Shown here one piece after another: positions 48,701 to 61,489 of a stretch of DNA of 64,000 nt (position 1 is its first letter; every line of letters begins with the position of its first letter). The DNA is taken from NCBI GenBank assembly GCA_973895155.1, contig OZ316892.1, positions 9,032,283-9,096,282 on the forward strand. The letters are read 5' to 3'. Both the position numbers and the translations under genes were made by a program. The notes beneath the pieces were generated by a model. That model worked only from the letters and a program-made list of their open reading frames with translations. It made no database searches and was not told the DNA's origin. Source of the DNA: Marsupella aquatica. Taxonomy: Eukaryota; Plantae; Marchantiophyta.

Positions 48701-51700
48701 ACACCAGTGCATCACTATCCTGCTGGTTTGGCTGAGTTGGGGGTGGATCTTTTGTCACATGGGCCATCATTTCTTCCACGTCAGATTCTTTGTAATGTGA
48801 GAGTAGCTCCTCCCAAAATTATTCATCCAAGAGGTCATTCAACCACTCCTCCCTTCGTTCATCATCAAACAAGATGGCTTGAGCTTCCTGGTCCTCCTCC
48901 TCCGTTTGTTCCTCCTCCTGAGTATCAACAAGTTGGGCCACTGGTGGTGTAGGTGGCTCTTCCCTGGTTTTCTTCTGCACAACACAACTCTGGTCAAGTG
49001 GTACCTCCTGAATTCTCTCCTCGGGGGTAGCAGCTTGTGGGCCATATACATCTTCCTCCGTCAGATGAGAAATCAGCTTCACCATGTATACTTCATCCTT
49101 GTCCTCATCTGAGGTGACCTCTGAATCATATTGCTCCTCCATAGAGGTAGTCTCCCCTTGAGGTGACTCCGCTGACCAGGGAATGGTAATAGTGGGGGTA
49201 CCAAACCAAAACTGCCGTTTGCCCCAATCACTTGTGACCTTGGCCACATACAACCATGGCCTGCCAATTAAGATGGGAAAACCGTAAGGCCGAACGGGTC
49301 GCATCACCAAATAGTTGAGGGGGAAGGATTTTCCCCCAATCATTGTTGGAATCTTGGTGAGACACCCCAATGGCACCACCCGTGCTCCATCCGCTAGCCT
49401 CATGGCACATGCTGGTGGCTCCAACTCCATATATCCCAATCGATTGGCTGTCTCCTCAGTCATGATGTTGACTCCCGAACCACCATCCACCGGTACAAAC
49501 CGTATTGCACATCCGTTGATGTCTATTGTGAGTTCTGGGGCACCCAAATCCTCCGTGACCCAGTTGACTTGTATGGGGTCAGCCCCAACTTTGGGTAACC
49601 TTCTTCTACGTCTCCTCATAAGAATCTCCTTGACTTGGCGGCGGTAGAGGGAGCTATCACGTAGCAATTGCCCAATCGTGGCACTGACTGGACAATCTAG
49701 AATATCTTGAGCAATGTTGTACGCAGTTGCAGGAGGTATGGGTGGGATGACCTCCTCTCCTGGTTTCCAACGAACAATCTTCTCCTCCGCTTTCTTTCTG
49801 GCCTTTGCCTCCTCTAGGTCTTTGTCAATGGCCGCTTGCATGGCTTGTGCTTCTAGTTCCTCCAGCTGCTTACGTACTTCCTCCCCCACCTTGGGGTAGA
49901 ACAACTTGGGATTGTCCCGATCAAAGTCACTATCCTCCATAGGTGGCACCTCCGGTTGGTGTGAGGTACCCGATGTGGAAGCTTGATGCACCTCCTTGTA
50001 CTTCTGCTTGAGTTCAGACTTGTCCTTCTTTTTCCCAGATCGAGTGGAGACTTGGTAACAAGAGTAATGCCTTCTCTCCTCGTCGCTATCTTCCTCCGGC
50101 ACATTTTCAGCGTGAGTCCACTCATGACTTGGGGACCGTGTGTGCTCAACAACTTCTGAAGTGACAACGACCACCAAAGGTGCCTCCACAACTGGAGATA
50201 CTACAACGACTGATGGTACTAACTCCTCCTTGATGGTGACCAGCCTCTGCTTGGGAACGTCCACTACAGGCTCTTCCTGTTTGGTGACCAACTCCTTTGC
50301 AGGGATGAACTCAAGCGGGTCAACCGCTTCCGTGGCAAGAAAGTTTACGTTAGCTTCTTTGAGTGGGGGTGGTGGCCCCTTCTTCTCTGGTGCTCCGACT
50401 TGTTGAGCCTTGATTGCTTCCAAGGTTGGACAGTGTGGTGCAAGATGTCCCTCCCCCTTGCACAATTGACACAACCGGGCAAAATCTCCGTTCCCTTGAC
50501 GTGTGGGCTCCGGGCACACGTTAGCGTAGTGGCCAGCCACCCTACAATTGTAACAAATAGGGACCTTTCTTACTCCCGGATACGGTGGCCTATTCCCGGG
50601 AGTAGCGTTGGAATAGTTGGCATATGGGGGTGCTCCAGCGTTAGTTGAGATCCCATGAATGCTCCTTGGTCCCGGGTTGAGCTGCTGCACACTATAAACA
50701 TTGGCCTCCGGTGGCTCCTCCATGAAGTACTCGACTGGCCCCTCCGTTGCATAGGAAGAGGTTGAGTAGCTGGCTCCTTCTACATCCTCCTCCCGTACTT
50801 GGAAGACCTTGGTTGGTTCTCCCGCTGGACACTCCTTCAGGGCATGACCAAACTTCATGCACTTGGTGCACCACATGTTGGCTCGCTCCACTGGAACCTT
50901 TCTCCTCTCTGGCTTGAGACCTGCAAAGTGCACCTTCAATGCTTTCATTTGCTCTGTCAACTCATCATACCTGGCCTCTTGCTCCTTGAGTCGTCTTGCT
51001 GTAGACAATGGTGTAACGGCCACCGTGGGTAGCACAACTTCTCGATGAGATGACTTTTTGGCCTTCTTTGACAACTTCTTCTTCCTCTTCTTTCGCTTCT
51101 CAGCTTCTGACTCCGTAGTGTCTGACTCGGTAGTGCTGTCAGAATCCTCAGATTCATCACTACCATCCGACTCGGATTCACTTGATTCCTCACTCGAGGA
51201 ACTGTCAACAGGTTTCAACTTCTTTCTTCGGTAGCGCTTGCTCGTGGCATCGGCTGCAGTGTATGACTCCGCTGCTGCGATAGCTTCAGCCAATGTGGTT
51301 GGCTTGGCTTGACGTACAAAGAACCCCATCTTGATTGGTAGGGCCGCTACAAACCACGCTTGACGCATAGCATCATCGGTACGGGCTTGTATCCGTCGTA
51401 CCAACTTCTGGAACCTTTGCAAAAACCTCCGTAACGACTCCTTCTTCTTCATCCTGAGTTGGCCCACCTTCAATAACGACGTGGCCTCCACTCCGATGGA
51501 TCTGAACTCCTTCAAGAAGGCTTGCTTGAACAAAGCCCAATCGGCTTTAACGTTGGGTAACAATGAAATGAACCATGGGCCTGCCTCTCCTCTCATCATT
51601 ACTGGAATGATAGTGAGCTTGTGTGCAGACTCCCCGTTAGCTTCAGCGATCCCCTCAAACTCCTCAATCCATTCGTCTGGATCATCTTTTGGTCTCCCCT

Positions 51701-52130
51701 TGAAGGGTACGTACTGAACACGAGTACGTTGAGCAACTGCCATTGGGGCAACCGGTCCCCGTATCAACACAGGCGGTAATGGCGTACGTTGGGCCACCGG
51801 TAACGGCAATGCTGATAGGTGTGAGATGATTTGTGGCAATGTAGTGAGCTCTGGGATCAGATTTGGCCGTAACTCAGACTGCACCAACACAAAGGGCTCC
51901 CCTTCTTCCAGCACGTGATCTACGTCTGGCTCTTCGTCTGGACGTATGGCCTCGTTGTGTTGAGACCCTTCTTGCGGCACACCAACTTGTTCTTCCAGCT
52001 CCCGTGGCAACCTCCTCTCTTCTACAAGCCGTAATCGTTCTTCGGCAGCAACCCAAGAGGGCACTCGGTCTAGCTCAGGCGTACGTGAGTGTTGGGGGCT
52101 TGCTCTTCCTCCCCTTCTTCCTCTCGGCAT
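45770..52130 (-). pseudogene. Gypsy gag-pol, disrupted (in-frame TAA at 48819-48821, frameshift at about 48112)
   Basis: Retrotrans-gag region, three CCHC knuckles, protease VDGGSGVN, RT DFRKLN/MPFGLCNAP/FIDDF, RNase H YVDVS/TDH, integrase HHCC and WGVDFIGP/SDRG, GPY motif, no chromodomain. Confidence 0.93.
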
Positions 52131-52945
52131 CCCATTGAGCCCTGCATGCCAAGCTCACACAAACATATCACCAACAAATCTTCTCAAACATCAACCGTCG
52201 CAAGTTGCGTTGTGGTTGACGTACAATAACAGAGTAACCAAAAAAACTTCTCACGTATCAACCGTCGCAAGTTGTGTTGTGGTTGATACGCTTGAAATCC
52301 AAATAGACGTAGCTCCCCTCCTCCTACAACCAAACAAGGAGAAGGTTTCCCCGGCAGCGGCGCCAAAAACAAGGACCACACTTATGTCACTTGCCTATCC
52401 AACGATTAATACGTGCAAACCGTACTTTCCTTCGCTTAAACCGTTGGTATCGTATTACGGGGTCGTGGAGGGACGCTATTTGAAGGATTTTCACACCTAA
52501 GGATGAGTATGTTTGATTCCGCTCCCGGAAGTGTACTTTTTGATCAAGTCTACCGACTGGTCTCTCCATTTTTGATCAAGTCCAAGGGACTGGTCCTACC
52601 ATCTACAACTCATGCCCACCGGGTGAGTGCTGTCACCTCCCCCCTCTCATGGGCAAGCATACAAACGTTTACAATAAGGTTTGAACACTAGTGACAAGGG
52701 CAAATGTTTCCACAACGAAACCGACCACATGCACTAGGGGAGGCAAACAAACAACACAAGCAATAACAAGTGACACACAAAATATTGGAACCTCAAGCCA
52801 AATCCATATCTCTTGGTGTTTCCCGTAACACATGCAAGGGCAACCCGGCCTCCTGCCGTCTGCCCAACTCCTGCCTCCCTGGGACAAGTGCTACGTTCTC
52901 CACCTCACTGTTGGGTATTTACTCTTACGTCTAGGTTAGGTATGA

Positions 52946-53070
52946 CGTGGTTGGTACAACAACATGGGTTGGTACAACTACGTGGTTAGGTACAACTACG
53001 TGATTAGGTACAACTATGTGGTTAGGTACAACTACGTGATTAGGTACAACTATGTGGTTAGGTACAACTA
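52946..53070 (+). repeat. 18-bp tandem repeat (GTGGTTAGGTACAACTAY, about 7 copies) in the Copia-2 U3; also at about 59022-59146
   Basis: Read directly in both LTRs. Confidence 0.92.
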
Positions 53071-54482
53071 AGTTGCACACTATATCATAAGAGGCATGTG
53101 TGCTTGGAGAGGTAGAACCAAGGCTCATTGTTATGGAGCCACTTGAGAGATAGGGAGAGCTTACACTGTGGAGACTCGGTATAGCCGACGGACTTAGAGT
53201 TCAGTAAAGCTCTCTTGTGTGTTCCCGTGGACGTAGCCTCAAGGAGGTGAACCACATATCTCTTGTGTCGACTATTGTGCGTTGGATGGTTCATGGGCTT
53301 GCCGTTGCGATCGTCGTCTATGCTCAACAATTGGTATCAGAGCATGCTTGGGAGGTGACGTGTGTTCGTGACGGGATTTCATGACGGTTTTTCCAGCGTT
53401 GAGTGTTGGTGGATTTTCCAGAGTTCCATCGCATGGAACTTGGAGTTTATGGGCTCAACGGATAGATCAGGGCAAGAGCTTTCTAACGGTGTGAAGAAAT
53501 CGTTGAACGGAGCTCGTGGTGCAGAGAGATCTAAGTTTTCGTCGTTCTGGATTTTGTGAAGAAAGTTGGCAATCGACTCGGAGGGAGAAGCGTCAAGTGT
53601 TTTGACTCAACGGAGAGATTGAGGCAAGACGATTGTTTTTGAGTCCGGGATTGGCTCTTTGATGCAAAGAGGAAGGCTAAGCAAAATCAATTACCTTGTT
53701 GGACTTGGTGACGGTACCAAGTGCAATTGATCAATATTCGTTGTTGACAAGGTACCATTTTTTTCTCTTTGAAAAACTGATTCAAAATTGGCTATGGCAA
53801 TTGAGAGAAATCTGTCATCTTTACCAATTTTTTTCTCCCTCGTTCTTTCCTCGTTTTGGGTGCTTCTTATATCGATCTTCATCGCCTCGGAGTCTAGTTT
53901 CCAAATCTGAAATCGGATCTTGATTTCGTCAAAACCCGAGTGAGATATCTTGCGTTTGGTGTCGAGGGGTACATTCTGCCGTGTATATTTTCTGCGCGCG
54001 CGACCAGATTTCGACGACGAAGGGTGGTAGGGGGTTTTGGGGGTTCGAGGACACATGTCAGCCCCTCGATTGTTCTTCCAAAATTCCCACAGGGCCTGTA
54101 CAAGGGTCATAGAATATTCCAAAAAACCAAAGAGCTATTTTTTGACCGTTCGACAAAGATTTCATCCGCCGAACGGTAACTTTTTTGGTTATTTTTCGGC
54201 GAGGTCGTAGCCATTGAAGTTGGCAACGCAGCGCACCAATCACATCGCAATTCCGACAACGGGTTGTACTTGGTATTTTGGTTATTCCCTGAGGTGGTCA
54301 AAACGAGGAGTTTTCCAAGGTTTTACCCATCTCGACCGAAATTTGAATAACTTTTCCGTCAAATTTTGATTTTGATTTTGGTTTTCAGTATTGGACTCCT
54401 AGCTTTGTGGGCTACGCGGCAGTGTTGAGTTTCGAGTTTTTTGAGAAGTTGTGAAAAACAACATTTTTTGTGATTTTTTCAT

Positions 54483-57400
54483 ATGAGTGATTCGGAGGAG
54501 TTTTTCGAAGACATGGAACTTGAAGCACGAGGATCACCACGGAGGTTTCAGGGGCAGAGAGAGGAGCAGGAGGAAGAGCACGTGACACCGATACCATCAC
54601 CGGTGTGGCGTGTGGTGGAGGAAGCAGTACTACTACCGGAGCTCATGATAGTGCCAAAGAAGAAGATGGGGACTTTCAAGCTTGGGGGACCCAAGTATGA
54701 AGTGACAAAGTATGATGGGCGCTCTGACTACTTGCTATGGGAGAAGCAGGTGAAGGGAGTGCTTTATGCGTCAGGGATGGGCCAACTGCTGAGCCCTCGT
54801 GAAGACGATGTTGATGAGAAACAATGGGACCGCATGCAGGAGCAGGGAGTGTGGTGTGTTACACTCTATCTCATGCCTCCCATCATCAAGCAGTTGGGTG
54901 CACATAAGGATTGCATGTCCTTGTTTGCGGAATTGCAGAGCAAGTATCACCGCAAGGAGTTGTCAAACCGGCTCTACACTTCCTACAAACTGATGAGTTT
55001 CAGGATGAAGGAATCTGGTACGAAGTTGCAAGACCATGTGGATGCTTTCAATGACATGGTCGTTGACTTGGAAAACCTTGGGGAGACTTTGAATGATGAG
55101 ACGAAGGCTCTGCAGCTTCTTAGTTCATTGCCTCCATCTTACCAGTCCCTATCACGAGTGTTGTTGCATCGTGATAGGGATACCATTTCATACAATGACG
55201 TGGTAAGTTCTCTGCTTAGTGATGATCTTCAGCAAAAGATGCACATCACGTCATAGCCTTCATCATCTGGTGCTGCCCTCAATGTTAACCGTGGGAGGAG
55301 TATGCAGCGACCAACTGGGGACCGTAGAACCCAGTTTAGATCTAAATCCAGATCTAAGTCCAAGGGTAAATCCCCTCAGAGGAGGCAGGTGACATGTTGG
55401 AAGTGCAACCAAGTTGGACACTTCAAGCGAGACTGTAAGGGAAAGGCAGCGGAAACTTCATCGGCAAATGTGGCTAGGGCTGATGGAGAAGCTGATTTAC
55501 TCAATGATGAGTATGTTTTATGAAGCCGGGGGTATGCCCTGTGCACGTCATCTAGGAGAGCAGATGATGTGTGGATTCTTGATTGTGCTTGCTCTTTTCA
55601 TATTTGTTACATTCATGAGTTTTTTAGTTCTTACTCTGTTTCAAACGGTTCAGTTCTGATGGGAAATGATCACTCCTATCAAATTGAGGGAATTGGGTCT
55701 GTGAAGATTCAAATGTTTGATGGCGCTGTGCGCACAGTGTCCGGAGTCAGGTATGTACCTGGCATGCGTAAGAATCTGATTTCACTCGGTGTGTTGGATT
55801 CAAATGGTCATCAATGGAGCGTTATTGATGGTGAATTTCAAGTCAGGTCGGGAGAGACAGTGATTTTGAAGGGGAGTAGACAAAAGAATTTGTATATGTT
55901 ACAGGGCAATACTGTATGTGGAGAGGCCAATGTAACCAAGTCTCACGAGGAGATGACTCAACTGTGGCATTCACGGCTAGGCCACATGAGTGAGAAGGGT
56001 TTGGCTATCTTACGAAAGAATGGACTCATTTCTGATTTGCAATCTTGTAAATTAGAGTTTTGTGAGCATTGCATTCTTGGAAAGCAGCATCGTCGGGCTT
56101 TTGGTGTTGGAACTCATTGTTCCAAAGCGGTTCTTGAGTACATACATAGTGACGTGTGGGGTCCATCCCCGACTTCCTCACACTCTGGAAAGTTGTACTA
56201 TGTATCATTTATTGATGATTACTCAAGATTTGTGTGGATTTATTTCATGACGCATAAGTCTGATGTCTTGTCCATTTTTAAGAAGTGGAAGGCCCAGGTG
56301 GAGAATCAGACTGGAAACATGATTAAGTGTTTGGATACAAGGGTGAAGAATCTGAGGTCAGACAACGGCGGGGAGTACACTTCAATGGAATTTGAAGAGT
56401 ACTGTTCAGAACAGGGGATAACTCGCCATCTCACCACAGTTTATACTCCGCAGCAGAATGGTGTCGCTGAGAGGCTCAATCGGACACTGTTGGAGCGGTC
56501 ATGGAGTATGTTGAGCCAATCAGGTTTACCACAAGAATTTTGGGCAGAAGCTGTCAATACCGCAGCTTATGGTAAATCTTTCTCCTTCTAGTGCTATCAA
56601 TTTCAAAACGCTGTTTGAGATGCACTATAAGCGGCAAGCAGACTATCATGGCTTGGTAGTTTTTGGAAGTGATGCATATGCTCTCACACCGAAGTAGAAT
56701 AGGACCAAGTTGGATCCTACCTCTAGGAAATGTGTTTTTCTTGGGTACCAGAGTGGTGTGAAAGCCTATAGGCTATGGGATCCTATTGCCTGTAAGCTCG
56801 TTGTCAGTAGGGATGTTTCCTTCAATGAATCCAGATTATTGAAGGAGGGGGAGAATACTCAGGTCTCCCGTACTGACAAAGGAAAATCTCCTATCCCGGA
56901 TCTCGTTGAGGGGGAGATTGGTTATGAGGTGCATGACCGGAGAGAAGGAGTTGCTCCAATTATGGAGCTGGTTCCTGTGCCAGAGGAACCATAGGAGTTT
57001 GTTGATGCTGGTGAGCAGCAAGTGGATGCTGTTGAGCTTCAAATTGTACCAGCACACGCAGATCAACCGGAGTCATCGGCTAGAAGAACATCTGGTCGCA
57101 CTGTACGCGCTCCACCAAGGTATGGACAGTGGGTTGATTCATCTCAACTGCAAGAGGATGATTTTACAGCTGATGATGAGGGTGATGGGTTAATTTTGGA
57201 AGAAGGGAAACCTTCTTCATTTCATGAGGCAAGTGCTTCAAAGGAGAAGCAGAAGTGGACTGCAGCAATGCAAACGGAGATGCAGTCACTAAAGGACAAC
57301 AAAACTTTGGAGCTTGTTAAGCTGCCTAAGGGTCAGCAAGTGGTGGACAGCAAGTGGATTTACAAGCTGAAGGATAATTCCATAGGAGGTGGATCGAAGG

Positions 57401-58794
57401 TCTACAAGGCTAGATTGGTAGCAAAGGGATTCACACAAGAGAAAGGTGTGGATTACAATGAGGTCTTCTCACCAGTTGCTAAGTACTCTACAATACGACT
57501 ATTGTGTGTACTTGTTGTAATGTTTGGTCTGCTGCTAGATCAGATGGATGTTGTCACAGCTTTCCTCTATGGCACATTGGAAGAGGTGATCTTCATGAGA
57601 CAACCGCTAGGTTTTGTGAAGAGAGGACAGGAGGAATTGGTTTGCAGATTGCTGAAATCCTTGTATGGGTTGAAGCAGTCACCAAGACAGTGGAACAAGC
57701 GGTTTGACGATTGGATTCGGTCACAAGATTTTCACAGAAGTGTATTTGACCCTTGTGTGTATTTGAAACCGGTAAAGAATGTTGTCTTTGGGTTCATTGT
57801 TTTAGTACTTTATGTGGATGATATGCTAATTGCAGCCAAGGATAGGTCTAAGATTGTTAAGCTCAAGGCACTGCTTAGTGCAGAGTTTAAGATGAAGGAC
57901 TTAGGGCCAGCTAAGAGGATTTTGGGTATGGAGATCACTAGGGACTTGGAGGCTGGCAAGCTATGGTTGACGCAGAGCAATTATGCGAGGAAGGTAATTG
58001 CAAGGTTCAACATGGGGAATAGCAAGCTAGTAAGTACCCCGTTGGCTCCACACTTCAAGTTATCATCAGCGTTCTGTCCTACGGATGACACAGAGAAGGG
58101 GTTGATGTCAAAGGTTCCGTATGACAAGGCAGTGGGGAGTCTCATGTATTTGATGACTTGCACTAGATCTGATCTTGCCATGGCTATGGGCAAGGTGAGC
58201 AGGTACATGTCGAATCCAGGGAAGGTACACTGGGAAGCAGTGAAGTGGATTATCAGGTACTTGAAGGGTACCGTGGATCATGGTCTTTTATTTGATGCGA
58301 ATGCAAAGAATGCTAAATCATTGATTGGCTATGTTGATTCTGACTATGGACAAGATTTGGACCGAAGGAGATCAACAACAGGATACGTGTTCACACTTGG
58401 CGGTGGATGCATAAGTTGGAGGTCTACTTTGCAGAAGTGTATTGCTCAGTCTACTACAGAAGCGGAGTATGTTGCAGCTGCGGAAGCAGCAAAGGAAGCG
58501 ATTTGGTTGGATAGACTTATCACTGAAATGGGATTGCCACAGGGGAATGTGAAGCTCCATTGTGATAGTCAAAGTGCGCTCCACCTTGCTGTGAACCAGG
58601 TGATGGACAGCAGAGTGAAGCACATTGACGTTAGGTACCATTTTATCAGGTAGGCTGTGTCTGATAATTTGTTTGAGCTAGTCAAGATTGATGGTAAACT
58701 CAATCCGGCTGACGCATTTACCAAAGTGATTCCTTTGGAGAGTTTCTCTAGACATCGTGACGTATTGCAGGTTTTGCAATTGCATCACAAGTAG
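54483..58794 (+). pseudogene. Copia-2 gag-pol, disrupted
   Basis: Same domains as Copia-1. Stops at 55254, 55521, about 56695, 56992 and 58651, a frameshift at about 56570, and the natural stop at 58792-58794. Confidence 0.95.
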
Positions 58795-61489
58795 AGTTTT
58801 CTTAACATTCATTGTAATTACTGATATATGCTCTTCCTCATTTCTATGTATTAGGCTACGGCTTAGTTCTGGTTTGCTCTAGTTAGAGAGGGAAACCGGT
58901 TTGGTTTTTGTCCAGAACTTCCCACTGAGGGATCATATACATTGGCAGTATTACTCTCCCCTAGACCAGAGTCAAGGGGAAGATTGTTGGGTATTTACTC
59001 TTACGTCTAGGTTAGGTATGACGTGGTTGGTACAACAACATGGGTTGGTACAACTACGTGGTTAGGTACAACTACGTGATTAGGTACAACTATGTGGTTA
59101 GGTACAACTACGTGATTAGGTACAACTATGTGGTTAGGTACAACTAAGTTGCACACTATATCATAAGAGGCATGTGTGCTTGGAGAGGTAGAACCAAGGC
59201 TCATTGTTATGGAGCCACTTGAGAGATAGAGAGAGCTTACACTGTGGAGACTCGGTATAGCCGACGGGCTTAGAGTTCAGTAAAGCTCTCTTGTGTGTTC
59301 CCGTGGACGTAGCCTCAAGGAGGTGAACCACGTATCTCTTGTGTCGACTATTGTGCGTTGGATGGTTCATGGGCTTGCCGTTGCGATCGTCGTCTATGCT
59401 CAACACTCACTACTCTGGCTTGAACTTCACCTAATCGGTGCGCTACTCACAAAAGCTACTCAAAAGCATCAAAGCACTACGCTGAGTTCCCCCCCCACTA
59501 CTTCGGGGCTCTCCCCCTAAATACCAAAAAAAAACCACACCAAAGCACCCCTCATGGGGTCACAACGATGGCGGCTACCCTAGCGGCGCCGCTAAAACCC
59601 TGCACTAAGAAATCCCTAAACTAAAAAGGCATGCGGCACACACATGCTGCTAAAACCCTAAACCCTAAACAAGGGGCCGACGGTGCCTTCGACGGTGCCC
59701 CAACTGTACCCAGTGAACCTTGAAATTGCAAGGCACCCCACAATGGCCGAAACTAGGTGCCCTATCAATTGTACTTTTGAGCTCACCCTTGGACAGCCCT
59801 TCTCCTCCTGATCCCGAATCACTCAGCCGCACTCGCAACGGACATCGGACGCCTGAGGTATGGTCGTTTCAGTATCGCGAAAACACAATTTTGTCGGGCC
59901 ATAACTTGCTCCTCCTGGCTCCGTTTGAGGAGCGCCGCCTCTTGTTGAAATCAGCTCCGCGAGCTCTTTCCAACAAGCCCGTGAGTGACCCCTCACAAAA
60001 AAGTTGGAAATCCAGAGGCCGTACAACCACATCCGTACGACTATCTACTCCTCCTCTTATTCACTCTCGGTACCCCGGCTTGTGCCCCGTGAGTGGGCCT
60101 CCTCTTCATCACTCACGGGAGTGAGTGCCACCTCACTTTTCTTCTTCTTTACCGGGGTACTCTTCGTGCTGCCGCTCCCTTGCTGCCTCAAAGTGGCCAA
60201 GGCCTGCCACGCCTTGATGTACCCCTCACCAATGGTGTCTTTCCATAGGGTAGCCTCTTCTCTGGACCGCAACTCCAACGGTAGAACTTGCCCTGTGGCC
60301 ATGGGCTGTGGGTGCCAACCCACACAACCAAGATGAATCGGCTACAAGCCGCGAGCTGTGGGTGACTACCCACGCAACCAAACTGCAAGAGGCCACAGGC
60401 CGTGGGCTGTGGGTGCCAACCCACCCAACCAAGATGAATCGGCTACAAGCCGTGGGCTGTGGGTGACTACCCACGCAACCAAACTACAAGAGGCCACAGG
60501 CCGTGGGCTGTGGGTGCCAACCCACCCAACTGTTGTGTAGCGATGTTTATGCGCACGACACCCGACTCGCGGGAGTCCCCCTTCCTCGCAGCTCACGTCC
60601 TCACGGGCTCGCGGCCCTATGCAGGGCTCGCGGCCCCCCTGCCCGGTCACTTGCGGAGCCCCCTAAGGGGGTTTTAATTTCCCCCTCCGCCCGCAGCTCG
60701 CGCCCTCGCACCTAGTAGCTCCCTGGCGGCTCGCGGCCCTATGCAGGGCTCGCTCGCCCCATAATTAACCCGGGTCTAGACAAAACTGTTGGGGTCTCCG
60801 ACTATCCCGAGATGCTTTAAAAAACTTTACAAACTTAAAGAACATTAAAAAAACTCGCGTCTATGGGCTTATTTATTTACAGGTGTCTTGCTGGTGACAC
60901 TAATGGTGACTTACCGTGGCGGGACCCTGTCACATGTACCTTGGTGAAGATCTATTACTTCTAGTGAAGAAAATTGGTTTAAATGTAGTATGTTTCCAAA
61001 GATTCATGTGAAAGATTCATGCTACGTTCAATAAACTGTGGGACTAAGTGCAATGTGTCCTTAGAGTATCCATAAATGATGTTGTAGATGATACTTTAGA
61101 ATATTTCCAACTTTAATCAGGATATTTGCATGAGTTTGTTGGACTCTCACATGCCTTGACTCCTACCTTCTTGCAAGAAATTGTGTACGTATTAAAAGAT
61201 ATATTGTTCTTATTTTTTATAATGTAAATGTGTATTCCAACCTTTTCAACTAGAATCTCTTTGGACAAGATATTTTTTTATAACACCTGAAGGGCATGTT
61301 TAATGACTTTGTGATGATGATTATAACCCAGATTATAATAGCCCAAAGGTCTTCCCTAATGTCCCAAAAGTATTTTATTAATACTAAAAAGAGCTTTTTA
61401 AATTAAGGCATAAAATACTACTGAAGGGTTTTAGAGGGGGAGCCATTCACAGGGTGGCATGGGTTTCTGTTAATATACACGGAGTGAGG

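Larger units (their letters stand above)
52909..59405 (+). mobile_element. Full-length Ty1/Copia element (Copia-2). LTRs 52909-53329 and 58985-59405, nested in the Gypsy 5' LTR
   Basis: 421-bp LTRs with 3 mismatches seen by eye, TSD CTCAC, PBS TGGTATCAGAGC at 53332, and PPT AAGGGGAAGA. The empty site is visible in the other Gypsy LTR at about 44290. Confidence 0.97.
43771..60934 (-). mobile_element. Ty3/Gypsy non-chromovirus (Athila/Phygy-like) LTR retrotransposon. 3' LTR 43771-45793; 5' LTR 52385-52908 plus 59411-60934, interrupted by Copia-2
   Basis: About 2.0-kb direct repeats with TG..CA ends, TSD TGTAC (43766-43770 and 60935-60939), PBS TGGCGCCGCTGCCGGGGA at 52365-52348, purine tract AAGAGAGGAG at about 45806-45797, and order GAG-PR-RT-RH-INT. 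Confidence 0.95.

Noticed and set aside
48819-48821. Programmed readthrough at the Gypsy in-frame TAA
   Set aside because: There is only one copy to judge from, the stop lies after the protease, and CAA>TAA decay explains it; the element also has a frameshift.
52931-53128. Repetitive peptide ORF (VVPNH repeats)
   Set aside because: Antisense translation of the 18-bp LTR array.
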